Origin: Octopus sinensis
Taxonomy: Eukaryota
Assembly (NCBI RefSeq): GCF_006345805.1
Contig: NW_021823598.1
Span: 1 to 22,702 of the forward strand
Reading direction: 5' to 3'
Length of the DNA stretch: 22,702 nt
The position numbers and the translations under genes are program-made. This document shows, piece after piece, positions 8,860 to 19,000 of the stretch (its first letter is position 1; the number at the start of each line of letters is the position of its first letter). The notes under the pieces were generated by a model, which saw only the letters and a list, made by a program, of their open reading frames with translations, searched no databases and was not told the origin of the DNA.

Positions 8860-9119
8860 GTTATAGTAATATATCATAAATGGTAAAAGAAAATGAAGCG
8901 TTTGAACAGAGCATAGTCATTTTTTACATTTCGTCAATTATATAAGCCTACATGAGGGGTGACTAATGTGTTGGGGAAATTTTTCAGACAATAATTTCAA
9001 AGCATAAATTTATCAACAGCAAGAATAAATACGTATTTAAGAAATACAATTAAGATAGAAAAATTAAATTATAGGTCAAATAGACAATATAAAAATACAA
9101 CTTCTAGTAAATCTAATAA

Positions 9120-9517
9120 CCCTTTCTACTGGAACACAAGGCCTCAAATTTGGGGGAAGGGATTCAGTCGATTACATCGACCCCAGTGCGTAACTGGTAC
9201 TTAATTAATCGACCCCGAAAAGATGAAAGACAAAGTCGACACCGGCGGAATTTGAACTCAGAACGTGGCCGCAGACGAGATACCTGTTTCTTTATTACCC
9301 ACAAGGGGTTAAACATAGAGGGAACAAACAAGGACAGACATAGGTATTAAGTCGATTACATCGACCCCAGTGCGTAACTGGTACTTAATTAATCGACCCC
9401 GAAAAGATGAAAGGCGAAGTCGACACCGGCGGAATTTGAACTGAGAACGTAACGGCAGACGAAATACCGCTAAGCATTTCGCCCGGCGTGCTAACGTTCC
9501 TGCCAGCTCACCGCCTC
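9120..9517 (-). mobile_element. Dimeric family B SINE
   Basis: Complete head (gagctggcaggaacgttagc...gagttcaaattcc when read on the - strand) and two copies of the central domain (~9167-9283 and ~9348-9467), each followed by a different tail. Confidence 0.9.
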
Positions 9518-9942
9518 AGATATGAAACTAATAATAATAACAATATAACATAAATCTTAGAGATGTAAGGCACAACCACCATACAACAGAGAAAAAAATA
9601 ACCAAACCCAGTCACGTGATACATGAAAAACAATACAGCACTTAAATAGATATAATTAAATTAAGTATACTATAAAAATTAACCCTAGACACCAAATATT
9701 ATGACTAATGCACTAATTATACACTCAATTCAAGTTCCCACAATAATATAAATTAAAAAGAAATACATAGATTTATTTACTGGTAGTCACATAAACGAAA
9801 ACTAAGTATATATACGACTATAACGGTTTCTTTGTTTCAAACAAGTTAAGATGCACACGCACACATAAATAAAAGGATGATGCTATTTTAGTCTATTGAT
9901 GAACACTCATATTAGGATGTAAAAACTTGTGAGTCAATTTTC

Positions 9943-10029
9943 GCCCTGAAGAAATATCTCCCTTAGTTATTTCATAATGCAATTTTAATTGTAATTTGAA
10001 TGTCGATAGATATGGAAACAATTGTAGGC
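9943..10029 (+). ncRNA. Hammerhead fold with a weak stem I
   Basis: GCC-CUGAAGA(9946-9952)-A-AUAUCU...AGAUAU-G-GAAA(10015-10018)-CAAUUG-UA^-GGC; perfect palindrome ACAAUUGU. Confidence 0.65.
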
Positions 10030-10099
10030 TTATATAATTGACAAAACGTAAATAAATTGACTAACTAAATATTTATATATATATATATATATATATAGG

Positions 10100-10150
<51 letters not shown>

Positions 10151-10153
<3 letters not shown>

Positions 10154-10260
10154 AATTCAGCACGCTAAAAAGAACCACAAAAATTTATTCCTGTCGAATT
10201 TTATCCGTTATTTTTGTGGTTTACAGAACCTAGCTGTTCTTTCTAGCGTGCTGAATTCCC
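10151..10260. mobile_element. 110-bp MITE with 25-bp TIRs, flanked by TATA
   Basis: GGGAATTCAGCACGCTAAAAAGAAC at 10151-10175 vs the reverse complement of 10236-10260 (1 mismatch); inner inverted repeat accacaaaaat/atttttgtggt. Confidence 0.85.
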
Positions 10261-10450
10261 TATAAGTGGATTCCGTATGACTAATATATAGTCTTCTTGA
10301 ATAATTTTTTTTGCACGTTAGGCCACTGGAAACGTAAATTTTGATTGGATGTTTTAATTTTAATTAAATTCCATTTCCTTTTGACATGATTAAATACTGT
10401 AAGTTTTTGGATAATTTTCGGTTAAAAGTTGGCGGTTTTTCATTACATAA

Positions 10451-10482
<32 letters not shown>

Positions 10483-10625
10483 TATATATAATATATATAT
10501 ATATATATTCTATTCGAACACATAAGACAGTTATTATGCTTACTCCCCACAAAAAACCACCACGTGGATTCTGTTGAGACCAGTAAGAAACAATTATGAA
10601 CTTTTTTATTACACTTAACTTTTTA

Positions 10626-10678
10626 AGATATTTTTGATAAGGTTCGTTTTTTCAATAAGAACCGAAACGTAAAATTTC
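10626..10678 (+). ncRNA. Hammerhead fold with a U3-A8 covariant core
   Basis: Stem I AGAUAUUU/AAAUUUCU (7 of 8 bp); core UUGAUAA 10634-10640; stem II GGUUC/GAACC; GAAA 10663-10666; ACGU palindrome; GUA^ after 10670. Confidence 0.65.
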
Positions 10679-10899
10679 TAAGAAAATTAAAATTTATTTT
10701 ATATAGTGGCATTTTCAAACTTCTTTTTTATAATTATATATATATATGTATATATATGAGATTATTTTCAAGTTATGTTTCAAGAGAAATTTTATCAAGA
10801 CGTTTCTAACCTTTTTAGGAAAGTATTTTTCTAGAGTGTGTGAGCGCTTTTGATAATCTTTTCAAACACACGTGCTCTTGGTTAATCTATGAAAGAGGA

Positions 10900-10937
10900 A
10901 GTATGTATGTATATATATATATATATAATATATATAT

Positions 10938-10982
<45 letters not shown>

Positions 10983-11280
10983 ATATATATATAATATATA
11001 TAAATATACATATACATATATATATACTTACCAACATACATTCATACATACATACATATGCGTGTGTGTTTGCATATGTATGTATTTACAAGCAAAGCAT
11101 GCATTAATATGAATATGCATGTATATTTAAACGTGGTTGCACACACAGATATATGTACATGCAAACACACATACATGCATACACACATACATACATACAT
11201 ACATATATACATATACAAACACACGCACACATACATACATACATAAATTACATACATACATACATGTATATATATATAAG
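10900..11280. repeat. Compound (TA)n/(CATA)n microsatellite region
   Basis: Direct reading. Confidence 0.9.
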
Positions 11281-11759
11281 TTCAGTAAAAATTTAGATTC
11301 AGTTGAATATGGTACTTAAGTTAAAGGCACCAGAATTTGGTTTGGTATTATCCATATAAATCAAAATGGGGTTATTATAATCAAAATAAGCAACAAGGAT
11401 ATCCAAAGGTAATGCAGTTATATATATATAAAGGAGTTTGTATGATTGTGTATAGAGGGATATATATTATTCAAAGGAATTCCAACTCTGTTTTTCATGT
11501 TTTATTTATATTCTTTATAATATTAATGTAGAATATAGAATATATATAGTATAAATAATATATATATATAGTAAAATGAAATGAAGTATTGATTGTCTTA
11601 TTGAATAGATGAAATATTGAATATAAAATATGAAGGGACTAGTATACTTTCTTGCATTTAAGCAGTCTTCAAGGTCCTAGGATGTGACAGGAATGTTTCA
11701 ACTATTTCCCAGCAAGGAGTACAAAAAGGACATGAAGACAAAAAGGACAACACAATCAA

Positions 11760-12037
11760 TCCCAGCGGAATTTGAACTCAGAACGTAACGGCAGACGAAA
11801 TACCTATTTCTTCGCTACCCACAAGGGGCTAAACACAGAGAAGACAAACAAGGACAGACAAACGGAGTAAGTCGATTACATCAACCCCAGTGCGTAACTA
11901 GTACTTATTTAATCGACCCCGAAAGGATGAAAGGCAAAGTCGACCTCGGCGGAATTTGAACTCAGAACGTAGTGGCAGACGAAATACCGCAAAGCATTTC
12001 GCCCGGTGTGCTAACGTGTCTGCCATCTTCCTGCCTT
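11760..12037 (-). mobile_element. Dimeric family B SINE, second monomer truncated
   Basis: Same head, central domain and ccccttgtgggta junction as 9120-9517, followed by a partial second gagttcaaattcc. Confidence 0.9.
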
Positions 12038-12071
12038 ATTTATAGTAAAACTGGAACCCAGTTTTACTATT

Positions 12072-12345
12072 ACGACGAGTGTTCCAGTTGATCCGATCAA
12101 CGGAGCAGCCTGCTCGTAAAATTAATATGCAAGTGTCTGCTCACTCTACAGACACGTGTACGCTTAATGTAGTTCTCAGGGAGATTCAACACAAAATGTG
12201 TACATGTGCTACTCATTTTTGCCAGCTGAATGAGCAGAAGCAATGTGAAATAAAGTGTCTTGCTCAAGGACGCAATGCGCTGCCGGGAATCGAAATCATT
12301 ACCTTAAGAGCGAAATACCTTAACTACTAAGCCACGCGTCTTCAC
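12072..12345 (-). mobile_element. tRNA-derived SINE family D (CORE-like middle) with tail X
   Basis: On the - strand: gtggcttagtagttaagg (A box), tttcgattccc (B box), gtccttgagcaagacacttt middle, then the tail shared with 6950-7070. Confidence 0.8.
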
Positions 12346-12384
12346 GACAACAACAACAATAATATTAATAATAATAATTATACG

Positions 12385-12955
12385 AGTAATAAATGCCCTG
12401 ATGCAGTACCAAGCAGTGGCTCTCATGGCTTCTGATCTTAATTGATTGGAAATGTTATTATGTACATTGTTTTGTCTTGGTATAAAAGATGGGCTACAGC
12501 AAATATTCTGCTCAATACCACAGATTTGCTTGTCAGTTGTTTGACCTTAACCAGTTGAGCATGTCCCTTAGTGGCTGACCATATGTGCATCTCTGATCAC
12601 AAGCAGAAGTAGTTCGGGATCATCATAGCTACGTCTTAAGAGAGGAATTCTTTGGGGTTTGAATAAGTCATCTCTAGAAACATGGGTGTTTCCTTTAACA
12701 TTCTTAAATAACCCTTATTCAGGGACCTTTTGAGCAGGATGGGCTACTCAACCTGAGGACAATTCTAACTGGACCCCCACCTGCAAGGTCATGTGCTGTT
12801 TATCTTGATACGAGATCACATTGTCGTGAACATATGATTGTGATGCATATGCCTAGTGTACCCTATCAGACAGGAAGTCATGATGGGTATACTGGGCTTC
12901 GTATATTTTACTCCAGTGTCCCTTTGATAGCATACACGGCTCTCCCACTCACTAA
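12385..12955 (+). mobile_element. Probable 3' UTR of a non-LTR retrotransposon ending in (AAT)n
   Basis: Non-coding, higher-complexity block ending in cactcac-(taa)n and flanked by (AAT/AAC)n on both sides. Recalled as an abundant octopus repeat; clade unverified. Confidence 0.55.
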
Positions 12956-14195
12956 TAATAATAATAACAAAAACAACAACAACAATAACAATAATAATAA
13001 TAATAATAAATTGATAAATTAATAAATAAAAAATTAACAACATTCGTAGTAAGTTTAATACAAATGTAATGAGTTGTAAAAACATATATCACAAGATCTT
13101 CGGTTGTTGATAGTGAGGGTTCGGCTGACAAGTTTTTTTTCTCAAATACTTAGGGTCGTTTCCGTTGTAATACTTCGGTAACCTCGGTAGTTGTAAAACA
13201 ACTACCGAAGTTACGAAGAATTTATTTTCTTATGAAAGACGTAGACAAACTATTACTAGCGTAAAGTGCAAGGATTCAATAACAAAGTTACTCAACACCA
13301 TTAAAGGACAATAAATTTACGCCTGAAATTGTTTGTTTATGTCTTTCACGAAAAGATATTTCAGAGATGTGTTTGTCAAGTGATTTGATGTGAGACAGTA
13401 TTATGAAACTAAAGCAAATTGCAGCCTGGAAGATACATGGCTATTCAGAAATACACAAAAACAGTTAACTTCGCTAAATCACTTGTTATCTCATGGTGAA
13501 TTGTTTTTGTCACACTGTCTGCGACTGACACAGTCCCACTGCAGTTGGGAAGTCGCACATATTTCGACGAAAAGTTTGAAACCAAATAATATAATGGTTA
13601 ACAATTTAATAAATAAAACATATGCATACATACATATATGTACATACCTACATCTACATGTATATATACATGCATATATGAGTACAGGACACCACAAATA
13701 AACGTAGAACACAACGAGAAACGAAAACATAAAACAAAACATGGAAACGGACTTTTTTTAACAACGAAAAAACAGAGTACAAGACAAACAATACAAAGAA
13801 TATTCCCCTTCATCAGCTGCCCCTGTTTCAACTCATGTATGCATATGTTTTATTTATTAAATTGTTATTATATGATTGAACGCCACGCGTCGTTTTCTTA
13901 TTCTCCAAGTAAGTTTTCATTATAATATATGGTTAAGAGGATTTAATAGTTATTATTTGTTAGTGAATGGATAATGTGTCTTCCATGCTTTAAATTGCAT
14001 AAGATATATTTTCGTCGTCATTTCAGTAGTTGAAAGTAAGGGACCATGACAAGTCGTGAGAGAAACAAAAGATTTCATGTTAGGCTGATTTCACACTCTC
14101 AGCTAGTGAAGATCCTGTAATATCTTCAAAGTTTATATTTATATATAATTATTCCTGCTATTAGTAGTAGGACTGGAATCTTAGGTGTCGAAGCT

Positions 14196-14273
14196 AGTCG
14201 ATTGCATCGACCCCAGTGCTCGACTGTTACTAATTTTATCGACTCTGAGAGGGATGAAAAGCAAAGTCGACCT
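14196..14273 (-). mobile_element. Family B SINE central fragment
   Basis: gtcgattgcatcgaccccagtg...ttatcgact...gatgaaaagcaaagtcgacct. Confidence 0.7.
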
Positions 14274-14535
14274 TATGTGTGAATGTCGGCACTTATGAAA
14301 AAGCACGTATTCTTCATGAAGAATTTAAACGTGCTGCTCGAAAGCACACTGCTAGCGTAGTGAATGGAGGAAAGCTTGGTTTGCAATGTCTGCAGTCGTG
14401 TATGCATGTCAAGGGCAAGGCTCTTTAGCCACCAACGGAGCCGCAAATACAAAATATAAGTTAGTCCTAGAGTGCACAATGTTCCCAAAGGTCAGCAATG
14501 GTCTTCTTCGGTCACGAGTAGACGGCTATCATGTA
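14274..14535 (+). mobile_element. RTE-clade LINE 3' fragment 1 (frameshifted)
   Basis: YEKARILHEEFKRAARK, a frameshift, then zinc-finger remnant CNVCSRVCMSRARLFSHQRS (14382-14441), stop at 14457-14459, 3' UTR ending ggctatcat-(gtat)n. Confidence 0.7.
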
Positions 14536-14577
14536 TGCATGTAATCATGTATGTGTGTATGTATGTATGTATGTATG

Positions 14578-14608
<31 letters not shown>

Positions 14609-14614
14609 TGTATG

Positions 14615-15198
14615 TATAAGGACTTGCTGAAAGCTTCCTTAAGAGATGCTTGCATCTCTCCTGACACATGGGAGGACATAGCTATTGATCGTAGCAGGTA
14701 GAGAAGGATTGTGCAAGAAGGGACAGCTACTTTTGAGAAATCTCGAGTAGCGCATGAGAAAGTAAGGAGGGATGTCAGGAAGGGCATTGCTGTTACACTT
14801 CCAGATGGGAAGGATCTTCCTATGATGCTGACATGCAGTGTCTGTACAAGACCCTGCCTCAGTAAAGCTGAACTCAAGAGTCATCTTCGTAGTCATAAAG
14901 CGAGAAAGATGAGTGACAACCTGGCCACTGGTGGTGGTGTTACACACCATACTAATCATATCTGTCGGGCATGTGGAAGGGAGTGTAATTCGGCAGGAGG
15001 ACTTAAACGACATGCAAACCTACATGAAGCCCAGTTACAACTACAGCCGGCTATTACCGGTAAAGGTTTTAGTTGCCAATTCTGTACTAGACATTGTAGA
15101 TCTTTAGCTGGGCTAAAAAGTCCGATTCGATCACAGTACCAATAACAGTTAAGCTTCGTGCAATGACCATACTCGATAACGAGGGGGCAGCCATCATG
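14615..15198 (+). pseudogene. RTE-clade LINE 3' fragment 2: ORF C-terminus with three C2H2-type fingers
   Basis: YKDLLKASLRDACISPDTWEDIAIDRSR*RRIVQEGTATFEKSR...KVRRDVRK is the RTE C-terminal signature, with TAG at 14699-14701 in the expected W position. Fingers: CSVC...HLRSH, CRAC...HANLH, CQFC...(degenerate). 3' UTR ends gcagccatcat-(gtat)n. Confidence 0.85.
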
Positions 15199-15444
15199 TA
15201 TGTATGTATGTATGTATGTATGTATGTATGTATGTATGTATGTATGTGTGTATGTATGCATGTATGTATGTATGTATGTATCTGTGTGTGTGTGTGTTTC
15301 TATTTCATATTTTGTTATTTCTGTTTAATTTATGATATACGTATATATATGCCCCAAAATGTATGTTTTCGACTACGTACTTGAATACATTTCTATTTGC
15401 TTTTGATCTTGTGCCAGTTATTTATCATCAATGTCAGAATCAGT

Positions 15445-15600
15445 ACAAAGTTAGATAAAATACCTTGTAGTATTTAATTACGTCCTTTCGTGTTCTGTGA
15501 AATCGACTTTTCCAGTTCATCTTTTCGAAATCGATAAAAATATATGCCAGTCAATTAGAGAGGCCGATTTAATTGATTTTATTCCTTTCGCAAAATTAAT
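15445..15600 (+). mobile_element. Very degenerate family B-like SINE
   Basis: aaatcgacttttccagttcatcttttcgaaatcgataaaaatatatgccagtc resembles the central domain. Confidence 0.45.
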
Positions 15601-15687
15601 GTCGTTGCACCAATGCTGGAAATCCGCATCTTTTCCTTCGTGTCTTTTTAAGTTCACCAATACCACAATATTGGATTCTATTTAAAT

Positions 15688-16250
15688 CAGTGGTTCGCAA
15701 TCATTTCTTACCTATGAACCCCTTTGATTACTCTGGTGGACCCCCATAGCCATTCGATGTTTTAAAAGTATTCTGTTGTGTCTGGGGAGAGTCATTTTCT
15801 TTTTGTGCCTTATAATGTAACACTCACCGGTAAAATTTCCACGTTGTTTTCTTATTTTTATTTTCCTAAAATTTTCGTTGCGTCTTGCAACCTTTTGATA
15901 AGCAAATAGTTTTGACATTATAAGGCTCAAAAAGAAAATGGCTCTCCCAAAACACAACAGAATATGCTTCAACACACGAACTCATATAAAGAATCTTGCG
16001 AACCAAATCCCCAAAAGTTTAAAAAGTAGTTTTATAGATACTTCTTTCAAAATTCCTATTTTGCTTTCCACACGTTAACTTGTGTTAGTTGACCAATGTA
16101 AAACATTAAAGAAATTTAGCTGTTTCTTACAACAAATACATCCAAAGCAAATTTTTATGGACCCTTAATATACAACCTTTGATCTCTGGTTTACTATTTT
16201 GCTTACGTGGACCCGCAGAAACTTTATATGGACACTCATAGGTGTAAATA
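15688..16250. mobile_element. Possible hAT-type MITE remnant
   Basis: Starts CAGTGGTTCGCAA (hAT-like terminus) and has repeated tggaccc motifs; no right TIR found. Confidence 0.35.
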
Positions 16251-16499
16251 TAACTTTAAAACTTTCAATAAAAATAGCAGAGCTTCGTACAATTAAATAT
16301 TAAAAGTTCTTGACAAGAGTTTCTTGATTTCAAGCCGAACAATTATAGAAATATGTCATTATTGGTATACATCTCTTTGCCATATTCATGTCCTCTGTGG
16401 CCGGTGAGATCAGTTATTGAAGCGAACATGGGAGTTCCATGCCGTTTATTTATAAAGGGACATGATGTATCTTTCTTTTTGCTGTCGAAAGAAAAAATA

Positions 16500-17055
16500 C
16501 AGGGTTGACCAAAATGATCTGACACATTTGGAGGCTTAATAAAAGCATAAAATAAGAAATAATGAAAAGAAAAAAATTATTTTCTGAATTTACATATAAT
16601 GCCATTTTATTTCATTAAGTTTTAAAAATTAAATCAGCTAAATGCTTCCCGTCATTGTCAACACACTGTTGGAAGACGTTCATGAAAGTTATCAATAACT
16701 CTATGGATCATTTCTTCTGGAATGGTTGCTATTTCTTCACAAATTGCACGTTTTAATTCATCAATAGATCGAAGGCGATGACTGAATACTTTTGATTTTA
16801 AATATCCTCACAAGAAGAAATCCCATTTCACCATTCCAGAAGAAATGATCCATAGAGTTATCGATAACTTTCATGAACGTCTCCAACAGTGTGTTGACAA
16901 TGACGGGAAGCATTTAGCTGATTTAATTTTTAAAACTTAATGAAATAAAATGGCATTATATGTACATTCAGAAAATAAAATTTTCCTTTTCATTATTTCT
17001 TATTTTGTGCTTTTATTAAGCCTCCAAATGTGTCAGGTCATTTTGGTCCACCCTG
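16500..17055. mobile_element. Tc1/mariner foldback MITE with TA target-site duplication
   Basis: TA|CAGGGTTGACCAAAATGA...TCATTTTGGTCCACCCTG|TA; arms 16500-16726 and 16830-17055; encodes transposase C-terminus DFFL*GYLKSKVF...TIPEEMIHRVIDNFHERLQQCVDNDGKHLADLIFKT*. Confidence 0.9.
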
Positions 17056-17429
17056 TATTAACATGAATCCATTTGGGGATACTTTCGAAATCTCTGTTCA
17101 AAGAGTTGGTGCAGATTTGTCTCGTGATGTTTAGGCAACATATGAAGAATGCTTGGGGTTTAAAATTAGGGAAGAATAAAGGCTGGTATTATCTGTGTAG
17201 GTCTAAACTGGGCGTTGTCGGAAAAAATAATACATGCCGTATTTTTATACTACGGCATGTATAGGCGGAAGGTTATGAGGGAAACCAAACCCTGGACACA
17301 GCAGAGGCGATTAAGTGTGAGTCAGAGAGAGCTTTATGAGTACAGACTCTGACAGTGCGATCTGACAGCGAAGTCACTGATTCCAGAGATAAGGCTGCCA
17401 TTATATTTCATCTGTAAAGGTATTACGAA

Positions 17430-17670
17430 GAAGGGCGGCCAGCTGGCAGAAACGTTAGCACGCCGGGAGAAATACTTAGCGGTATTTCGTCCGCCGCTAC
17501 GTTCTGAGTTCAAATTCCGCCGAGGTCGACTTTACCTTTCATCCTTTCGGGGTCGATTAAATAAGTACCAGTTACACACTGGGGTCGATATAATCGACTT
17601 AATCCGTGTGTCTGTCCTTGTTTGTCCCCTCTGTGTGTAGCCCCTTGTGGGTAGTAAAGAAATAGGTATT
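17430..17670 (+). mobile_element. Family B SINE, first monomer only
   Basis: ggcggccagctggcagaaacgttagc (A box), gagttcaaattcc (B box), central domain, ends at the dimer junction aaagaaataggtatt. Confidence 0.9.
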
Positions 17671-17998
17671 ACCAAGAGCCTTGATAATTTTCGCAGTTTT
17701 GACACAAGACCCGAATAAAGAATTACAGAAAGTGGCCTCAAATGAAGATAATGTAAATATATGATTATGAATATTCGGGACATTTAGGAATATTTAAGAA
17801 TGTTTTTGATGAGATTTCAAGATTTTGTTTATATGAAGAATGATTCATTGGGCTTGGGGAAGGGGCAGTATTTATTCGTTACAAACTATATAGAAATATC
17901 TAGAACAATAACTGTGCTAAGGTTAGTGTCAACCGCATGTCTAAGTCAAATTCACAAAACGACTAATTTTATGAGCTCTGCACTAAGATGATCTGCCA

Positions 17999-18012
17999 CA
18001 TACATAATACAT

Positions 18013-18047
<35 letters not shown>

Positions 18048-18095
18048 TACATACATACATACAAACACACACGCACACATACACGTATATATATA

Positions 18096-18134
<39 letters not shown>

Positions 18135-18274
18135 CATATATATGTATAACATGCATATATATATTTACAAACATATATATAGATAGAGAATAGACAGATA
18201 GATAGATAGCTAGATAGATAGATACACCACACATATATATATATATATAATATATATATATATATACATAATAT

Positions 18275-18307
<33 letters not shown>

Positions 18308-18374
18308 GATACACACACACATATATATTCTATATATATATATATAATATATATATATACATATATATACATAC

Positions 18375-18420
<46 letters not shown>

Positions 18421-18540
18421 TATATATAATATTATATATGTATATAGACAGGTAGATAGATAGATATGTATATATACGTAATATATATACATAAACAAAT
18501 ATATATTCATATGAACATATATATACATACATATATATGG
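17999..18540. repeat. Compound (CA)n/(TA)n/(GATA)n microsatellite
   Basis: Direct reading. Confidence 0.95.
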
Positions 18541-18727
18541 AGGTTATAAGAGGTAATGGTGTCAGGTAATACTGAGTAAGTGCTATGGATAGACCATAGC
18601 TAAGTTCCAGGTTCGGTGATTATGCAAAAAAGGGCTCCAACGTAGGGCATATATAATGTTTGTTTTTTTTCAGAATGTGATAAAAAACCAAGGCTTTGAA
18701 AGATTTTATATCATTTATAAATACAAG

Positions 18728-18775
18728 GTCTTACAGCTGTTACCAGGATATTTATTATATCCCTTCCTCGGAGAC
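18728..18775 (-). ncRNA. Hammerhead fold, left arm (GAAA mutated to GUAA, probably inactive)
   Basis: GUCU-CCGAGGA-A-GGGAUAU/AUAUCCU-G-GUAA-CAGCUG-UA^-AGAC. Confidence 0.55.
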
Positions 18776-19000
18776 GGTGTGAGAAAATGGTTAATCAATA
18801 GTTAATTTAGATACTATACGATAGAGAGTGAAGTGGAGGAATGAAAATAGATGTGAGATATGAAGGGATATCGCATTTGTAGATCCATTATTTAGGCTGC
18901 AATATCCCTGTATATCTCGCATCTATTTTCATTCCTCTTATTTCACTCTCTATTTCGTATCTTATCTAAATTAACTATTGCTTAACCATCTTCTCACACC

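Larger units (their letters stand above)
7500..9205. repeat. Head-to-tail tandem duplication, unit ~850 bp
   Basis: 7561 aligns to 8413 and 8271 to 9120. By eye the copies differ only by 1-2-nt indels. Confidence 0.95.

Noticed and set aside
7500-9517. CRISPR-like or prokaryotic repeat array
   Set aside because: The repeats are dispersed eukaryotic SINE domains and one tandem duplication, with no constant repeat-spacer period.
10325-10345. GAAACGUA followed by AAUUUU, similar to the 3' half of the 10626 ribozyme
   Set aside because: No recognisable core or stem II upstream.
10795-10810. GAAACGUC-UUGAU on the - strand
   Set aside because: No CUGANGA-like core at a usable position.
13390-13701. 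103-aa ORF near the 13173 hairpin as a possible transposase fragment
   Set aside because: No recognisable motif, and its 3' part runs into (CATA)n.
13800-13825. CUGAUGAAGGGG on the - strand
   Set aside because: No downstream stem II closure or GAAA was found; half-site only.
14711-15145. Host C2H2 zinc-finger gene
   Set aside because: In frame with an upstream RTE C-terminal signature, carries an internal stop at 14699, and ends in an RTE-type 3' UTR and microsatellite tail.
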